The translations under genes and the position numbers were made by a program. A stretch of DNA of 29,931 bases from Myxococcales bacterium. GTDB lineage: Bacteria > Myxococcota_A > UBA9042 > JABWCM01 > BTVJ01. Below, in pieces: positions 1-12,089 of the stretch. The stretch covers positions 1 to 29,931 of the forward strand of contig BTVJ01000093.1 in NCBI GenBank assembly GCA_045863395.1. The letters are read 5' to 3'. The notes beneath the pieces are model-generated. The model saw nothing but the letters and a program-made list of their open reading frames with translations. It did no database searches and was not told the DNA's origin. The first letter of the stretch is position 1. Each line of letters begins with the position of its first letter.

Positions 1-91
1 TGGAGGTGGCGGAGGCGCCGACCTTGGAGGAGGAGGGGGCGCCGACCTTGGAGGTGGCGGAGGCGCCGACCTTGGAGGTGGCGGAGGCGCC
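1..91 (+). repeat. 24-bp coding tandem repeat (EVAEAPTL units), about 3.8 copies, cut by the window edge
   Basis: tggaggtggcggaggcgccgacct at 1-24 and 49-72, a variant at 25-48 and a partial copy at 73-91. Confidence 0.9.
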
Positions 92-1544
92 CGCTGGTGC
101 AGAGACTGCTGCGCAGCCGGCTCTTCGGTCGGGCGAGGTCCAGGCGGACGAAGGCGACACCACGGAGCTCTCCTCTGTAGACCTGATCACGGAGATCTCC
201 CTTGAGGAGGTGGAGGAGGAGCCCGAGGCGTTCCCGGCGGCGGCAGTGGATGGAGCGCCGGGAGTGGGCGGTGATGGGACCGCCGAGCCTGACACCGTCT
301 TGATGGAGCCTGAGGTTCAGGGCGGTGGTGCGGCCGAGGACGACGAGATCGAGACGATGGTCCTCGGCCCGGACGAGCTGGAGCAGACACTCGGATTCAA
401 GCCGGGGGCCGCTGCCCTCGACGGTGCGCGAGGGGATGCCTCGGCTACTCTGGCGGCCGCCGTCCCCATGGACGACCTCCCCGACCACGAGGAGCTCGTG
501 GCCAGCGAAGAGGAGGAGGCGTTCTTCAGCGCCCACGGCGCGTCGGATGGCTCTGCCGAGCATCAGAGTGACCATGGGGACCATGGCGACCACATCGACG
601 TACGGGATCTCGCGGCGCTGTCTGCGGTGAAGGCTCCTGCGCCCCATGAGGTCCTCGAGGGCCGCAAGGTGCTCGCCGAGCTGAAGCAGCAGCCACTGTT
701 GTTCCCCGAGTCAGAGCAGGCTCCCCCGTCCGCAGCGGAGCACAAGCAGTTGGTCCAGGAGTTCAGCTTGATGATCAAGCTGGACAAGGCCCGCAAGCGC
801 AGCAAGTGGATGTTCGTCGCTGCGGCCGCGATCTTGGTTGCCACGGCGCTGGTCGTCGCCTGGGTGGTCCAGCAGGAGATGGCGGACCGCGCAAAGGCGG
901 CTCCATCGGACGCGCCCGCGTCGCGCTCGGAGATCTCGGTGCCCGAGCGGCCGAAGTACGAGGTGCCGAAGCCCCCGCCCCAGGAGCCGGAGCCAGTCGA
1001 GCAGGTGGCCGCGCCGGCCGCGGAGCCCGACGCGGGCGCCACGGAGCCGGTGGACGCGGGTGGCGCCACGGAGGCATCCGATCAGGCGCGCCCCGATGCG
1101 GGCGCGGTGCGCCAGGGTGTCGCGTCTGGCTCCACGGGACCGAAGCAGCCCGTCAAGCCGGCCAACCTGAGCGCAGCCCAGCTCGCCGCCCTCTCGGCCG
1201 AGATGGACGAGGTCGCCGTCGCCAAGGTCAAGCCGGAGCTGGCGGCTCTCTCGGGCATGAAGACCGCCGAGGAGGCGGTCGACGACCGCACCATCAGCCT
1301 GCTGTTCCAGCGCCGCGCCAAGGAGATCCGGCGCTGCGCCGGGGGCGCAGCGGGCAAGCTCAACGTCGGGTTCACCCTGTCCGCCGAGGGGCGGACCAAG
1401 GCCATCTCGATCTCCAGCCCGGACGGGCAGGTGCCGCCAGCCACGAAGCGTTGCATGGAGGGGATCATCGAGCGCTGGGAGTTCCCCCCGTCGGATCGCG
1501 AGCGGCCCTTCCAGCGCACGTTGCTTCTCAGCGGAGGCCAGTAG
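3..1544 (+). CDS. AgmX/GltJ-like single-pass membrane protein with a TonB-C-like (AgmX/PglI) C-terminal domain; probably 5'-truncated
   Basis: The frame is open from the window edge. It encodes an acidic low-complexity N-region, one TM helix (WMFVAAAAILVATALVVAWVV), a Pro/Ala linker, then RRAKEIRRC...GKLNVGFTLSAEGRTKAISI...KRCMEGIIERWEFPP, which matches the AgmX/PglI C-terminal pattern with its Cys pair. Confidence 0.7.
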   Translation, partial: EVAEAPTLEEEGAPTLEVAEAPTLEVAEAPAGAETAAQPALRSGEVQADEGDTTELSSVDLITEISLEEVEEEPEAFPAAAVDGAPGVGGDGTAEPDTVLMEPEVQGGGAAEDDEIETMVLGPDELEQTLGFKPGAAALDGARGDASATLAAAVPMDDLPDHEELVASEEEEAFFSAHGASDGSAEHQSDHGDHGDHIDVRDLAALSAVKAPAPHEVLEGRKVLAELKQQPLLFPESEQAPPSAAEHKQLVQEFSLMIKLDKARKRSKWMFVAAAAILVATALVVAWVVQQEMADRAKAAPSDAPASRSEISVPERPKYEVPKPPPQEPEPVEQVAAPAAEPDAGATEPVDAGGATEASDQARPDAGAVRQGVASGSTGPKQPVKPANLSAAQLAALSAEMDEVAVAKVKPELAALSGMKTAEEAVDDRTISLLFQRRAKEIRRCAGGAAGKLNVGFTLSAEGRTKAISISSPDGQVPPATKRCMEGIIERWEFPPSDRERPFQRTLLLSGGQ

Positions 1545-1547
1545 CCC

Positions 1548-2144
1548 ATGAACCGTTCAGCTCGCGCCGCGGTGCTCACCGCCGGAGTCCTCGCCGTCGT
1601 GCTCTCCGCCGGGGCCGCCTCGGCCCAGCAGCCGATCACCATGGAGCCCGTCGGCCTGTCCCTGGAGAACGAGGTCTACGCCGTGAAGGTCCTCGATGTG
1701 GACCGCGGCAACTACTTCTCGGTGCGCAGCCTCCAGTCGGACGAGCGGGTCAAGGACTACCCGTTCGAGATCGAGACCGCAGAGAAGGTCTGGAAGCAGG
1801 TCGAGAAGAAGCACGCTCTGACCGACAAGCTCGTCATCAGCCAGTCGGCGCCCAAGGACGGCTGGACCATCATGGGCGCCCCGGCGCGGAAGGGCCCCAA
1901 GTACAACATCCTCGTCAGCGGCAACGGCAAGGTGGGCCTGTATGCCCAGGTGGACCTCATCCACGAGGAGGAGCGAGAGCAAGTGGTCGCAACCGCCATG
2001 CTCAAGCAGGTGGCATGGGACGAGAAGGGGAAGTGGCTGATCGTCATCCTCAACCAGAAGCTGGGCGGCTCGTTCCCAGTGGATCGGGACGAGCCGCACA
2101 GCATGCGCTTCCGCAGCTTCCGCGTGCAGTGGGGCAAGAACTGA
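1548..2144 (+). CDS. Secreted hypothetical protein (198 aa)
   Basis: Starts 3 nt after the upstream stop. Sec signal peptide MNRSARAAVLTAGVLAVVLSAGAASA|QQ and strong GC3 codon bias. No family recognised. Confidence 0.8.
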   Translation: MNRSARAAVLTAGVLAVVLSAGAASAQQPITMEPVGLSLENEVYAVKVLDVDRGNYFSVRSLQSDERVKDYPFEIETAEKVWKQVEKKHALTDKLVISQSAPKDGWTIMGAPARKGPKYNILVSGNGKVGLYAQVDLIHEEEREQVVATAMLKQVAWDEKGKWLIVILNQKLGGSFPVDRDEPHSMRFRSFRVQWGKN

Positions 2145-2148
2145 CCCG

Positions 2149-2358
2149 ATGTCCCCTCGACGGCGACGCTCCCACTCCTCCCCTCGGGCAGGCTCCCTTG
2201 CGCAGTCCTGGTTCAGCCTGGTTGCATTCATCCTCGCGATCCTCCTGATCCTGCTGTTCAACCGCCAGGCGGGCGAGTCGGCGGCCGGGTGCTTCTCCTC
2301 TACGGCCGAAACGGACGGAGGCGCCTCGGGAGCGCCCGACGCAGTCTCAGCTCCATGA
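2149..2358 (+). CDS. Small single-TM hypothetical protein (69 aa)
   Basis: ATG 4 nt after the upstream stop; basic N-terminus then hydrophobic WFSLVAFILAILLILLF. Confidence 0.55.
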   Translation: MSPRRRRSHSSPRAGSLAQSWFSLVAFILAILLILLFNRQAGESAAGCFSSTAETDGGASGAPDAVSAP

Positions 2359-2377
2359 CGCACCGCGTCGAAGATCC

Positions 2378-2405
2378 TTGACGCAATGACACATGGCGTT
2401 AGATT
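2378..2405 (+). promoter_or_regulatory. Candidate sigma70-type promoter of the phasin-like gene
   Basis: TTGACG (2378-2383), 16-nt spacer, TAGATT (2400-2405); AGGAG RBS at 2454-2458 before ATG 2466. Confidence 0.55.
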
Positions 2406-2465
2406 GGAGAGGTCCGCGCTCGAGGCGTGCGCGGCCTCCGATGTCAATTGCCCAGGAGCACGACC

Positions 2466-2891
2466 ATGACGCAGATGACGGCCAAGGTGAGGACCCTTGT
2501 GACGCACACCGTGGATGCGGCGCAGAAGAACCTCCACACCGCCGAGGACGAGGCGCAGAAGGCCGTCCACAGCATCAAGGAGCAGGTGCAGCGGTCCCAG
2601 GTGGACGCACGCAAGCTCCTCGAGGAGTGGGTGGCGACGCTCAACGAGGCCCTCAAGAAGGGGGACGAGCTCCGGCGCGACGTCATGGACCGGCTGGGGC
2701 TCGTCGCCCAGGACGAGATCACCAGCCTCCGTCAGCAGCTCGACGACGTGAAGAAGAACCTGGAGGTACTGCAGGAGTCCCTGGGCGAGCTGGGCAAGAA
2801 GGTCCACGCCGACGTCCGCCGCGAGGTCAAGACCATCGCCGACGACGTGAAGAAGCTGCGACAGGAGCTCGGCCGGAAGAAGGAGGGCTGA
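2466..2891 (+). CDS. Phasin-like (PHA/lipid-granule-associated) coiled-coil protein
   Basis: Start reassigned to ATG 2466 because of the AGGAG RBS. All-helical amphipathic protein; VMDRLGLVAQDEITSLRQQLDDV resembles the 'L-rLg-psk-di--L---id-L' segment of PhaF/PhaI-type phasins. Confidence 0.65.
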   Translation: MTQMTAKVRTLVTHTVDAAQKNLHTAEDEAQKAVHSIKEQVQRSQVDARKLLEEWVATLNEALKKGDELRRDVMDRLGLVAQDEITSLRQQLDDVKKNLEVLQESLGELGKKVHADVRREVKTIADDVKKLRQELGRKKEG

Positions 2892-2920
2892 CCACCGCGT
2901 GGGTGGAGCTCGTGGATGGG

Positions 2921-3175
2921 TCAGGGGAACTGGAAGAACGCCTCCACTCGAAAGATCGGGTAGCGGGCGACGAGGTTGAAGACCACGATCAGCGTGGTCA
3001 GGACCAGGATGTAGACCGCGCTGCCCATGGTCACGTAGTCCTGCCAACGGCGCCCCCTGTAGAGAACTGCGAGGAGCCCGCTGGTCAGGAACAGGCCGAT
3101 GACAAGCACGAAGATCAACAGGCGCAGGTCCAGCACGACCCACGCCGCATAGTGGTAGGGGTGCGGCTCGTTCAC
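2921..3175 (-). CDS. Small two-TM membrane protein (84 aa)
   Basis: GTG start with GGGAGA upstream; two hydrophobic segments separated by basic YRGRRW. Confidence 0.7.
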   Translation of the reverse strand: MNEPHPYHYAAWVVLDLRLLIFVLVIGLFLTSGLLAVLYRGRRWQDYVTMGSAVYILVLTTLIVVFNLVARYPIFRVEAFFQFP

Positions 3176-3251
3176 TTCGGACAGTCTCCCAGACGGCTAC
3201 GGTCGCTCACGGCGCTCGCTCACAGGGACAGCCCCCCGGCTCGATGGGGGG

Positions 3252-3815
3252 CTATGCAGCTTCGGCCCCCTTCAGCCTGCCCAGCGCGCGCAGGTTGCAG
3301 AGGTTGGTCACGAAGTGCGTGAGGATAGGTGCAAGCAGGTTCCCCGTCCACAGCGCGACCCACCCGAGCAGGAAGCCCATTGCCAGGGCGAACAGCGACC
3401 AGAACCACAGGCGAGGCGTGAAGCCGCCGTGGAGCACGCCGAAGACGATGCTGGTCGCGACCCACCCAAGCGCCGGCTGCATGGCCCCGCGAAAGAAGAT
3501 CTCCTCGGCTACGGAGCTCGTCAGGGCGTAGACGAGCACGTCGCCGTTGGAGAGCGGGCCGATCTGCCGGTGCAGCTCGGAGGCAAGCCGGCGTGCGGGC
3601 GCCCACGTGGCCTCCAGCAGGCGGGAGAGCGCCACGACGAGCGCCCCGGCACCGACGCCGATCAGTGCGTCCCTGGGGGCGGTCGAGGCGCTCCACAGGA
3701 TGACCTCGGACACGTCGGTCCTGTAGGCGTCCCACACCAGGGCGATGAGCGCCAGGGCCCCGTAGAAGGCGGTCACGGTCCAAAGTGGGGGCTTCTCGGG
3801 GCGAGGGTGCGACAT
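3252..3815 (-). CDS. CPBP (CAAX protease self-immunity/Abi) family intramembrane glutamic metalloprotease
   Basis: Motifs AEEIFFRG, FGVLH and LAPILTHFVTN with multiple TM helices. Start at ATG 3815 (MSHPRPEK) is my choice and is uncertain. Confidence 0.85.
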   Translation of the reverse strand: MSHPRPEKPPLWTVTAFYGALALIALVWDAYRTDVSEVILWSASTAPRDALIGVGAGALVVALSRLLEATWAPARRLASELHRQIGPLSNGDVLVYALTSSVAEEIFFRGAMQPALGWVATSIVFGVLHGGFTPRLWFWSLFALAMGFLLGWVALWTGNLLAPILTHFVTNLCNLRALGRLKGAEAA

Positions 3816-3973
3816 GGGACCTGGACTTGAGAGCCCGCGTCCGGGCAGGCGCGGGCGGAGCTGCCTGGATAGCACACCTGGGATCCCCGCGGCAAGGACG
3901 CGCGTGCCCCGTCTGGACCCGTGGGCGCGCGACGAGTAGCCTGGGAGCCGGGGCGGGGCCTGGAGAGCGAGCA

Positions 3974-4954
3974 GTGGACCCGACAGTGATCTCCGCGCTG
4001 GGTCAGGAGGAGGAGCCGTACGTCGGCGAGGTGGAGCCGCGCCGACCGTGGGTGGCTGCGCTGCTGACGCTCCTGATGCCCGGGCTCGGTCACGTGTACC
4101 TCGGCGACGCGCGCCGGGGGCTTGCGCTGTGGGCGTCGGTGTTCGTGCTCACGGTCGCTGCGACCGCGGTGGCGCTGCGTCTGGATCTGTTCCTCGCCGT
4201 CCCGCTGGCTGCCTGGGTCTTCTTCATCCTTCACCTCGACGTGTGGCTGATCATCGACGTCGTCCGTGCTGCCAGGCGGTCCGGAGCCAGTCACGTCCTC
4301 CGCCCCTTCAACCACCCCCTCGTGTACGCCGGCCTCGTCGTCGGGCTTGGCGTAGCGCCCGCGTGGCTGCTCCTCGCCTTTGCCGAGGCGCACCTCATCG
4401 GCTCCCTCTCGGTGCAGGGGCAGGCCATGGCGCCTGGCCTCGTTCCGGGAGACCGCGTGTACTACGACCGGACCGCGTGGACCGGGGGAGAGCCCGTCCG
4501 CGGCGACCTGGTGGTCTGGGAGGCGCCTGGTGGACCCGAAGTGCTTCGGGTCGTGGGCGTCCCGGGCGACAAGGTCGGGGTTCGCCTCGGCGCAGTGCTG
4601 ATCGACGACCGCGCGGTGCAGGCCGAGCGACTGGGCGTCGTGGCCGTGACGGACCCAGCCCTCGCGGACCAGTCCCAGCGGCTGGTCGCCTGGCGCGAGT
4701 CCCTCGGGGATGAGACGCACGTCGTGTTCAAGGACGAGGCGGCCCTCAGCCTCGACTCGGGCGACGTGTACGTGGGCTCCGATGCGTACTTCCTGCTGGC
4801 CGACAACCGCACCGCGCGCCCGACCATGGACAGCCGCGACGTGGGCCCCGTGCCCCGCCGCGACATCGTCGGTCGTCCGCTCTACGTCTGGCTCTCCCGC
4901 GACCCGCAGTCCGGCGCGGTGCGGTGGAGCCGCACGGGGCTCCGCATCCAGTAG
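3974..4954 (+). CDS. Signal peptidase I (S26) homologue with a multi-TM N-terminal extension; catalytic residues apparently substituted
   Basis: GTG 3974 after GGAGAG. N-terminal PWVAALLTLLMPGLGHVYLG, then boxes AMAPGLVPGDRV, RGDLVVW, LRVVGVPGD and YFLLADNR...DSR. Confidence 0.8.
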   Translation: MDPTVISALGQEEEPYVGEVEPRRPWVAALLTLLMPGLGHVYLGDARRGLALWASVFVLTVAATAVALRLDLFLAVPLAAWVFFILHLDVWLIIDVVRAARRSGASHVLRPFNHPLVYAGLVVGLGVAPAWLLLAFAEAHLIGSLSVQGQAMAPGLVPGDRVYYDRTAWTGGEPVRGDLVVWEAPGGPEVLRVVGVPGDKVGVRLGAVLIDDRAVQAERLGVVAVTDPALADQSQRLVAWRESLGDETHVVFKDEAALSLDSGDVYVGSDAYFLLADNRTARPTMDSRDVGPVPRRDIVGRPLYVWLSRDPQSGAVRWSRTGLRIQ

Positions 4955-5113
4955 CGCCTCGGGCTGGGGCGCGCACTGTTCCCCGGCCCGTCCTTCAGCG
5001 CACGCCTGTCGCCGGGTGTGCGCTTTGTCCCGACGAATTGTTGCCCCCGGGCGCCACCCGTGCAAGACTCGCCCGGCGGCATGAGATACCATTGAAATTT
5101 CGGGGTCTTTGTG

Positions 5114-6292
5114 ATGCGACGGTCGCTGTCTCCTCTGCTCATCGCGTGCACGCTCGCCGGCTGCCGGACGGTGCCTCCGGACGATCCGTCCCCGTCCCTG
5201 CCTGCGGATCCTGTCATCCCGGCCAACCTGATGGACCGCTCGGTGGCGCCGCCCGTCACGTCGGCCGTGCCTGCCTGGGTGCGCAAGACCATCGAGCTCC
5301 CGGCCCTCGGTGGCCAAGGAAGCGGCCGCGACCTGTTCGACGACGCCAGGCGCTTCGACAAGCAGCCCATGGACGTCACGTTCTATGCGCGCCGCAACGA
5401 GACGGTGGAGCTCTACTCCGAGTGGTCGGCGATCCCAGCGGCGGTCATCCGCGAGAAGAGCTCCCTGTCCGGCGGTGAGAACCTGCGCGTCGGCGCAGGG
5501 GTCACCATCCCGCTCAACGCCGAGCAGCTCGATCACTTCGAGACTCGCCGCGAGCAGTTCCACAGCCGCTATGAGCAGGACTTCTACGCGCAGTATGCGG
5601 AGGCCGGCATCACGGAGTACACCATCAAGAAGGGGGACTTCCCCTACAAGCTCCAGAAGATGGCCGGCCCGGGGATCGTCGCGCCCATGTGGCTCATGGA
5701 GAAGCACAACCCCGACGTCGACTTCTCGCTCCTGCAGATCGGCGCCACCGTGCGCATCCCACAGCTCGTGAAGGGCGGGAAGGCGCCCGCTCAACTGGGG
5801 GCCGCTCCGAGGGTCTCGGCGCCCGAGCCCGCTGGCGAGCCTCGCGTCGTGGCGGTCGCCGCGGGGAACGGCACGGTGTCCGTCAAGGCGGGTGACACCC
5901 CGGTCGTCCTGGCTGCCCGTCATGGAGTGAGCGTGCAGGCGATCATGGCCGCCAACCCGGGACTCGACCCGCGGCGCATGCGAATCGGGCAGCAGGTCCG
6001 CATCCCCGGTGCGCGGACCGACGCCATCCGCGAGCCCGTGGCGCCCGTGGCGCCCGCCGCGCCGCCCGCCGTCGCGCGCCCGGACGCCGCGGACTACGAG
6101 GCCGGGGGAGCCGAGGCGGGGACGACCGCGGGGCGCTTCACCACCCACGTCGTGAAGAGCGGCGAGAACGGCTGGCAGATCGCCGTGAAGCGCTATCGCA
6201 TCACCCCCGACGCGCTGCAGGATGCCAACCCGGAGGTGCGGATCGACGCCCTGCGGCCGGGCATGGTGCTGCGCGTCCCCCAGGGGCGCTGA
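5114..6292 (+). CDS. LysM-repeat lipoprotein (about 4 LysM domains)
   Basis: Lipobox LAGC. LysM motifs YTIKKGD...LQIGATVRIP, VSVKAGDT...ANPGLDPRRMRIGQQVRIP and HVVKSGEN...ANP...LRPGMVLRVP, plus a degenerate first copy (RRNETV...LRVGAGVTIP). Confidence 0.85.
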   Translation: MRRSLSPLLIACTLAGCRTVPPDDPSPSLPADPVIPANLMDRSVAPPVTSAVPAWVRKTIELPALGGQGSGRDLFDDARRFDKQPMDVTFYARRNETVELYSEWSAIPAAVIREKSSLSGGENLRVGAGVTIPLNAEQLDHFETRREQFHSRYEQDFYAQYAEAGITEYTIKKGDFPYKLQKMAGPGIVAPMWLMEKHNPDVDFSLLQIGATVRIPQLVKGGKAPAQLGAAPRVSAPEPAGEPRVVAVAAGNGTVSVKAGDTPVVLAARHGVSVQAIMAANPGLDPRRMRIGQQVRIPGARTDAIREPVAPVAPAAPPAVARPDAADYEAGGAEAGTTAGRFTTHVVKSGENGWQIAVKRYRITPDALQDANPEVRIDALRPGMVLRVPQGR

Positions 6293-6324
6293 GCCACGCC
6301 CGTCGCCTCCGTCCTTGCGCCCGT

Positions 6325-6357
6325 AAAGCCTTGATCTCAAAGGCTTTCTTTTGCTTT
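6325..6357 (+). terminator. Inverted repeat followed by a T-rich tract: probable intrinsic terminator, or an operator upstream of gyrB
   Basis: AAAGCCTT (6325-6332), loop GATCTCA, AAGGCTTT (6340-6347), then CTTTTGCTTT; 32 nt after the LysM gene stop. Confidence 0.5.
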
Positions 6358-6383
6358 CAATCCCCCCTCCGTTGTGGTACAAG
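6355..6383 (+). promoter_or_regulatory. Candidate gyrB promoter (extended -10)
   Basis: TTTCAA (6355-6360), 17-nt spacer, TACAAG (6378-6383) with TG at 6375-6376, in an AT-enriched intergenic stretch. Confidence 0.35.
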
Positions 6384-6418
6384 ATACCGCGCCAGCGGGC
6401 GACCGCCTGTGGGCGTAA

Positions 6419-9601
<3,183 letters not shown>

Positions 9602-9605
<4 letters not shown>

Positions 9606-10564
9606 GCAAGCGCTGTCAGCAGTGTGGGGGGCTTCACTACGTGACGCGTACCCACGGGGACGTCGCGGTGGCGGCCGTGTGCTCCTGCGTCGCCTCGTGT
9701 GCGGTGTGTGGTGGCCTCGGGTACGTGTTCGAGCAGAACGACCGGGGCTACACCTACGCGCGGCAGTGTACGTGCCAGGCGCTGGAGACGCGGGTCGCGC
9801 GGTTCAACGAGGCACAGATTCCCGCGCTCCACCGGGACTCCACCATCGAGCAGTACGAGGAGCGGGGGGGCAATCAGCGAGACATCAAGTTCGCCTTCCT
9901 CAAGTTCCGGTCGGACTTCGAGCCCGGGCAGCACGGGCTCCTGCTCTCTGGACCGCCGGGCACTGGCAAGACCCACCTGATGGTCGCGCTGCTCCGGCAC
10001 TTCACCTTGGAGCGGGGTATCCGCTGCCGGTACATCGACTTCGGTCATCTGCTCCAGCGCATCAAGGCGGGGTATGACCTCGGGAAGGGGGAGTCGGAGC
10101 TGTTGGCGGACCTGGTGAGCGTGCCGCTGCTCTGCATCGACGAGCTGGGAAAGGGCAGGGCGAGCGAGTGGGAGGTGCAGGTCCTCGACGGCCTCATCGA
10201 CCGGCGCTACGTGGCGGGGCTCACGACGCTCGGAACGACCAACTACCCGCTGCGATCCTCCGGGGAGCGGCAAGCCAGCGATGCCCGCCGCCGTGGCGCT
10301 CGACCCGCCCCAGCCCCCGACCCGGGCATGCGTGAAGGCATCGAGCGCGCCCAGGCGCAGCAGGTCGAGGCGCTCGGGCTCCGCAGCCCCGCCAACGCGG
10401 AGGAGGTGGAGGCACTGCGCAGCCTGCTGCAGCTCGACAGCCTGGAGCAGCGGGTGGGCTCGCGGATCTTCTCCCGCCTGTGCGAGATGTGCGTGCTGCA
10501 GACCGTGAACGCGGCGGACATCCGCCGGGACGAGGCTCCGCGGAGGCGTCGTCCCCGCGGATAG
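9602..10564 (+). CDS. DnaC/DnaI/IstB-family AAA+ ATPase with an N-terminal Cys-rich Zn-binding region (putative helicase loader)
   Basis: CQQCGG...CSC...CAVCGG...CTC; AQIPALHRDSTIEQY; Walker A GPPGTGKT; Walker B LLCIDELG; IDRRY; TTNY; VGSRIFSRLCEM. Confidence 0.88.
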
Positions 10565-10571
10565 GTGAGGC

Positions 10572-12089
10572 TCACTCGCAGGTGTCGGCGCACACCTCGG
10601 CGCAGCAGACCTTGGGCTCCGGGCAGTCGCCGTCGGTAGCGCAGGAGATGGCGCAGGAGGCGGCGCAGGCGCCGTCGCAGCAGACGTCCTCGCCGCAGTC
10701 GGCGTCGGTGGCGCAGCCGGCCTCGCAAGTTCCTACGCACGCCCCATTGCAGCAGACGTTCTCGCCGCCGCAGTCCGCGTCCGTGGTGCAGCCCGTCTCG
10801 CACGAAGCTGCGCACTCGCCGTCGCAGCAGACGTCCTCGCCGCAGTCGGCGTCCGTGGCGCAGCCCGTGTCGCACGTGGCCACGCACGCGCCGTCGCAGC
10901 AGACGTTGCCCCCCTTGCAGTCCCCGTCGGCCTTGCAGCTCGTGTCGCAAGTCGCCGCGCACGCGCCGTTGCAGCAGACCTGGCCGCCGCACTGGGCGTC
11001 CGTCGTGCAGACCTTGGTGCAGGTCGCCGTGCACTTGCCGTCGCAGCAGACGAGCCCGCCGCACTCTGCGTCCGCCGTGCAGCCGCCGCCGCAGGTGCCG
11101 AGCGGCTCGCATTGGCCGAAGCCGAGGCCCGTGGAGTCACAGCACTGCTTGCCCGCGCCACAGTCCCCGTCCTTGGAGCAGAAGCCGCCGCCACCGCCCC
11201 CACAGGAGCCGGCCGCCTCGCACTGGCCGAAGCCGATGCCGAAGGAGTCGCAGCACTGCTGTCCCGCGCCGCACTCGGCGTCGCTGGAGCAGAAACCTCC
11301 GCCACCGCCGCCGCCGCTGCACATGCTCGGGTCGAGACAGAGCTTGAAGATGCCGAGGAGGTCACAGCACGCCTGGCCGCCGGTGCAGTCCGCGTCCGAC
11401 GTGCAGCCGCCGAGCCCGCCGCCCCCGCTACCGCAGCTACCCGTTGCACCGCAGAAGCCGATCCCGGGACCGAGCTCGCAGCACTCCTGACCCGAGGGGC
11501 ACTCGGCGTCCGTCGTGCAGGTGCCCGCGCCGCCTCCGCCACCACCGCCACCGCCGCCGCCGCCGCAAGAGCCCATGGGCACGCAGCCCATCTCGCTGCC
11601 CAGGTTGCAGCACTGCTGGCCCGCGCCGCAGTTGGCGTCCGTGCTGCACACGACGACGCCGCCGCTCGCCTGGCACTCGTTCTGGAGCGCGCACTTCTTG
11701 GAGTTGCCCGTGGCGCAGCAGAGGTAGGCCCCCGAGCAGTCCGCCGAGGAGTTGCAGCTCGTCGAGCCCCCGCCGCCGCCCCCGCCGCCGCAGTCCTGGT
11801 TGAAGGGTTTGCACGTGCCGGTCAGGCCCGTCTTGCAGCACTTCTCGCCGCCGTTGCAGTCGCTGTCCGTCGAGCAGCCGCTCGCGTAGGGGCACGTGCC
11901 CGTGGCGACGCACTCGCTGTGGCCGGTGCTCGGGTCCTTGCAGCATCCCTGGCCTGCGCCGCAGTCCGTGTCCTTGGTGCACCCCGCGGGCTTGGCCGGG
12001 CACGTGCCCGGCGGGACGCAGTTGAGGACGGCGCCATAGTCACAGCAGATCTTGCCGTCGGGGCAGCCCTCGTTGGTGGCGACGTCGCA
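10572..12089 (-). repeat. Coding repeat array of 16 six-Cys modules (9 long, 7 short)
   Basis: Long example CSSDAECGAGQQCCDSFGIGFGQCEAAGSC; short example CATDADCGEDVCCDGECAASC. Short units span 10572-11081. Confidence 0.9.

Noticed and set aside
10572..11400. Regularly spaced DNA repeats resembling a CRISPR array
   Set aside because: The repeats are degenerate at third codon positions, stay in frame and encode Cys modules; no cas genes are present.
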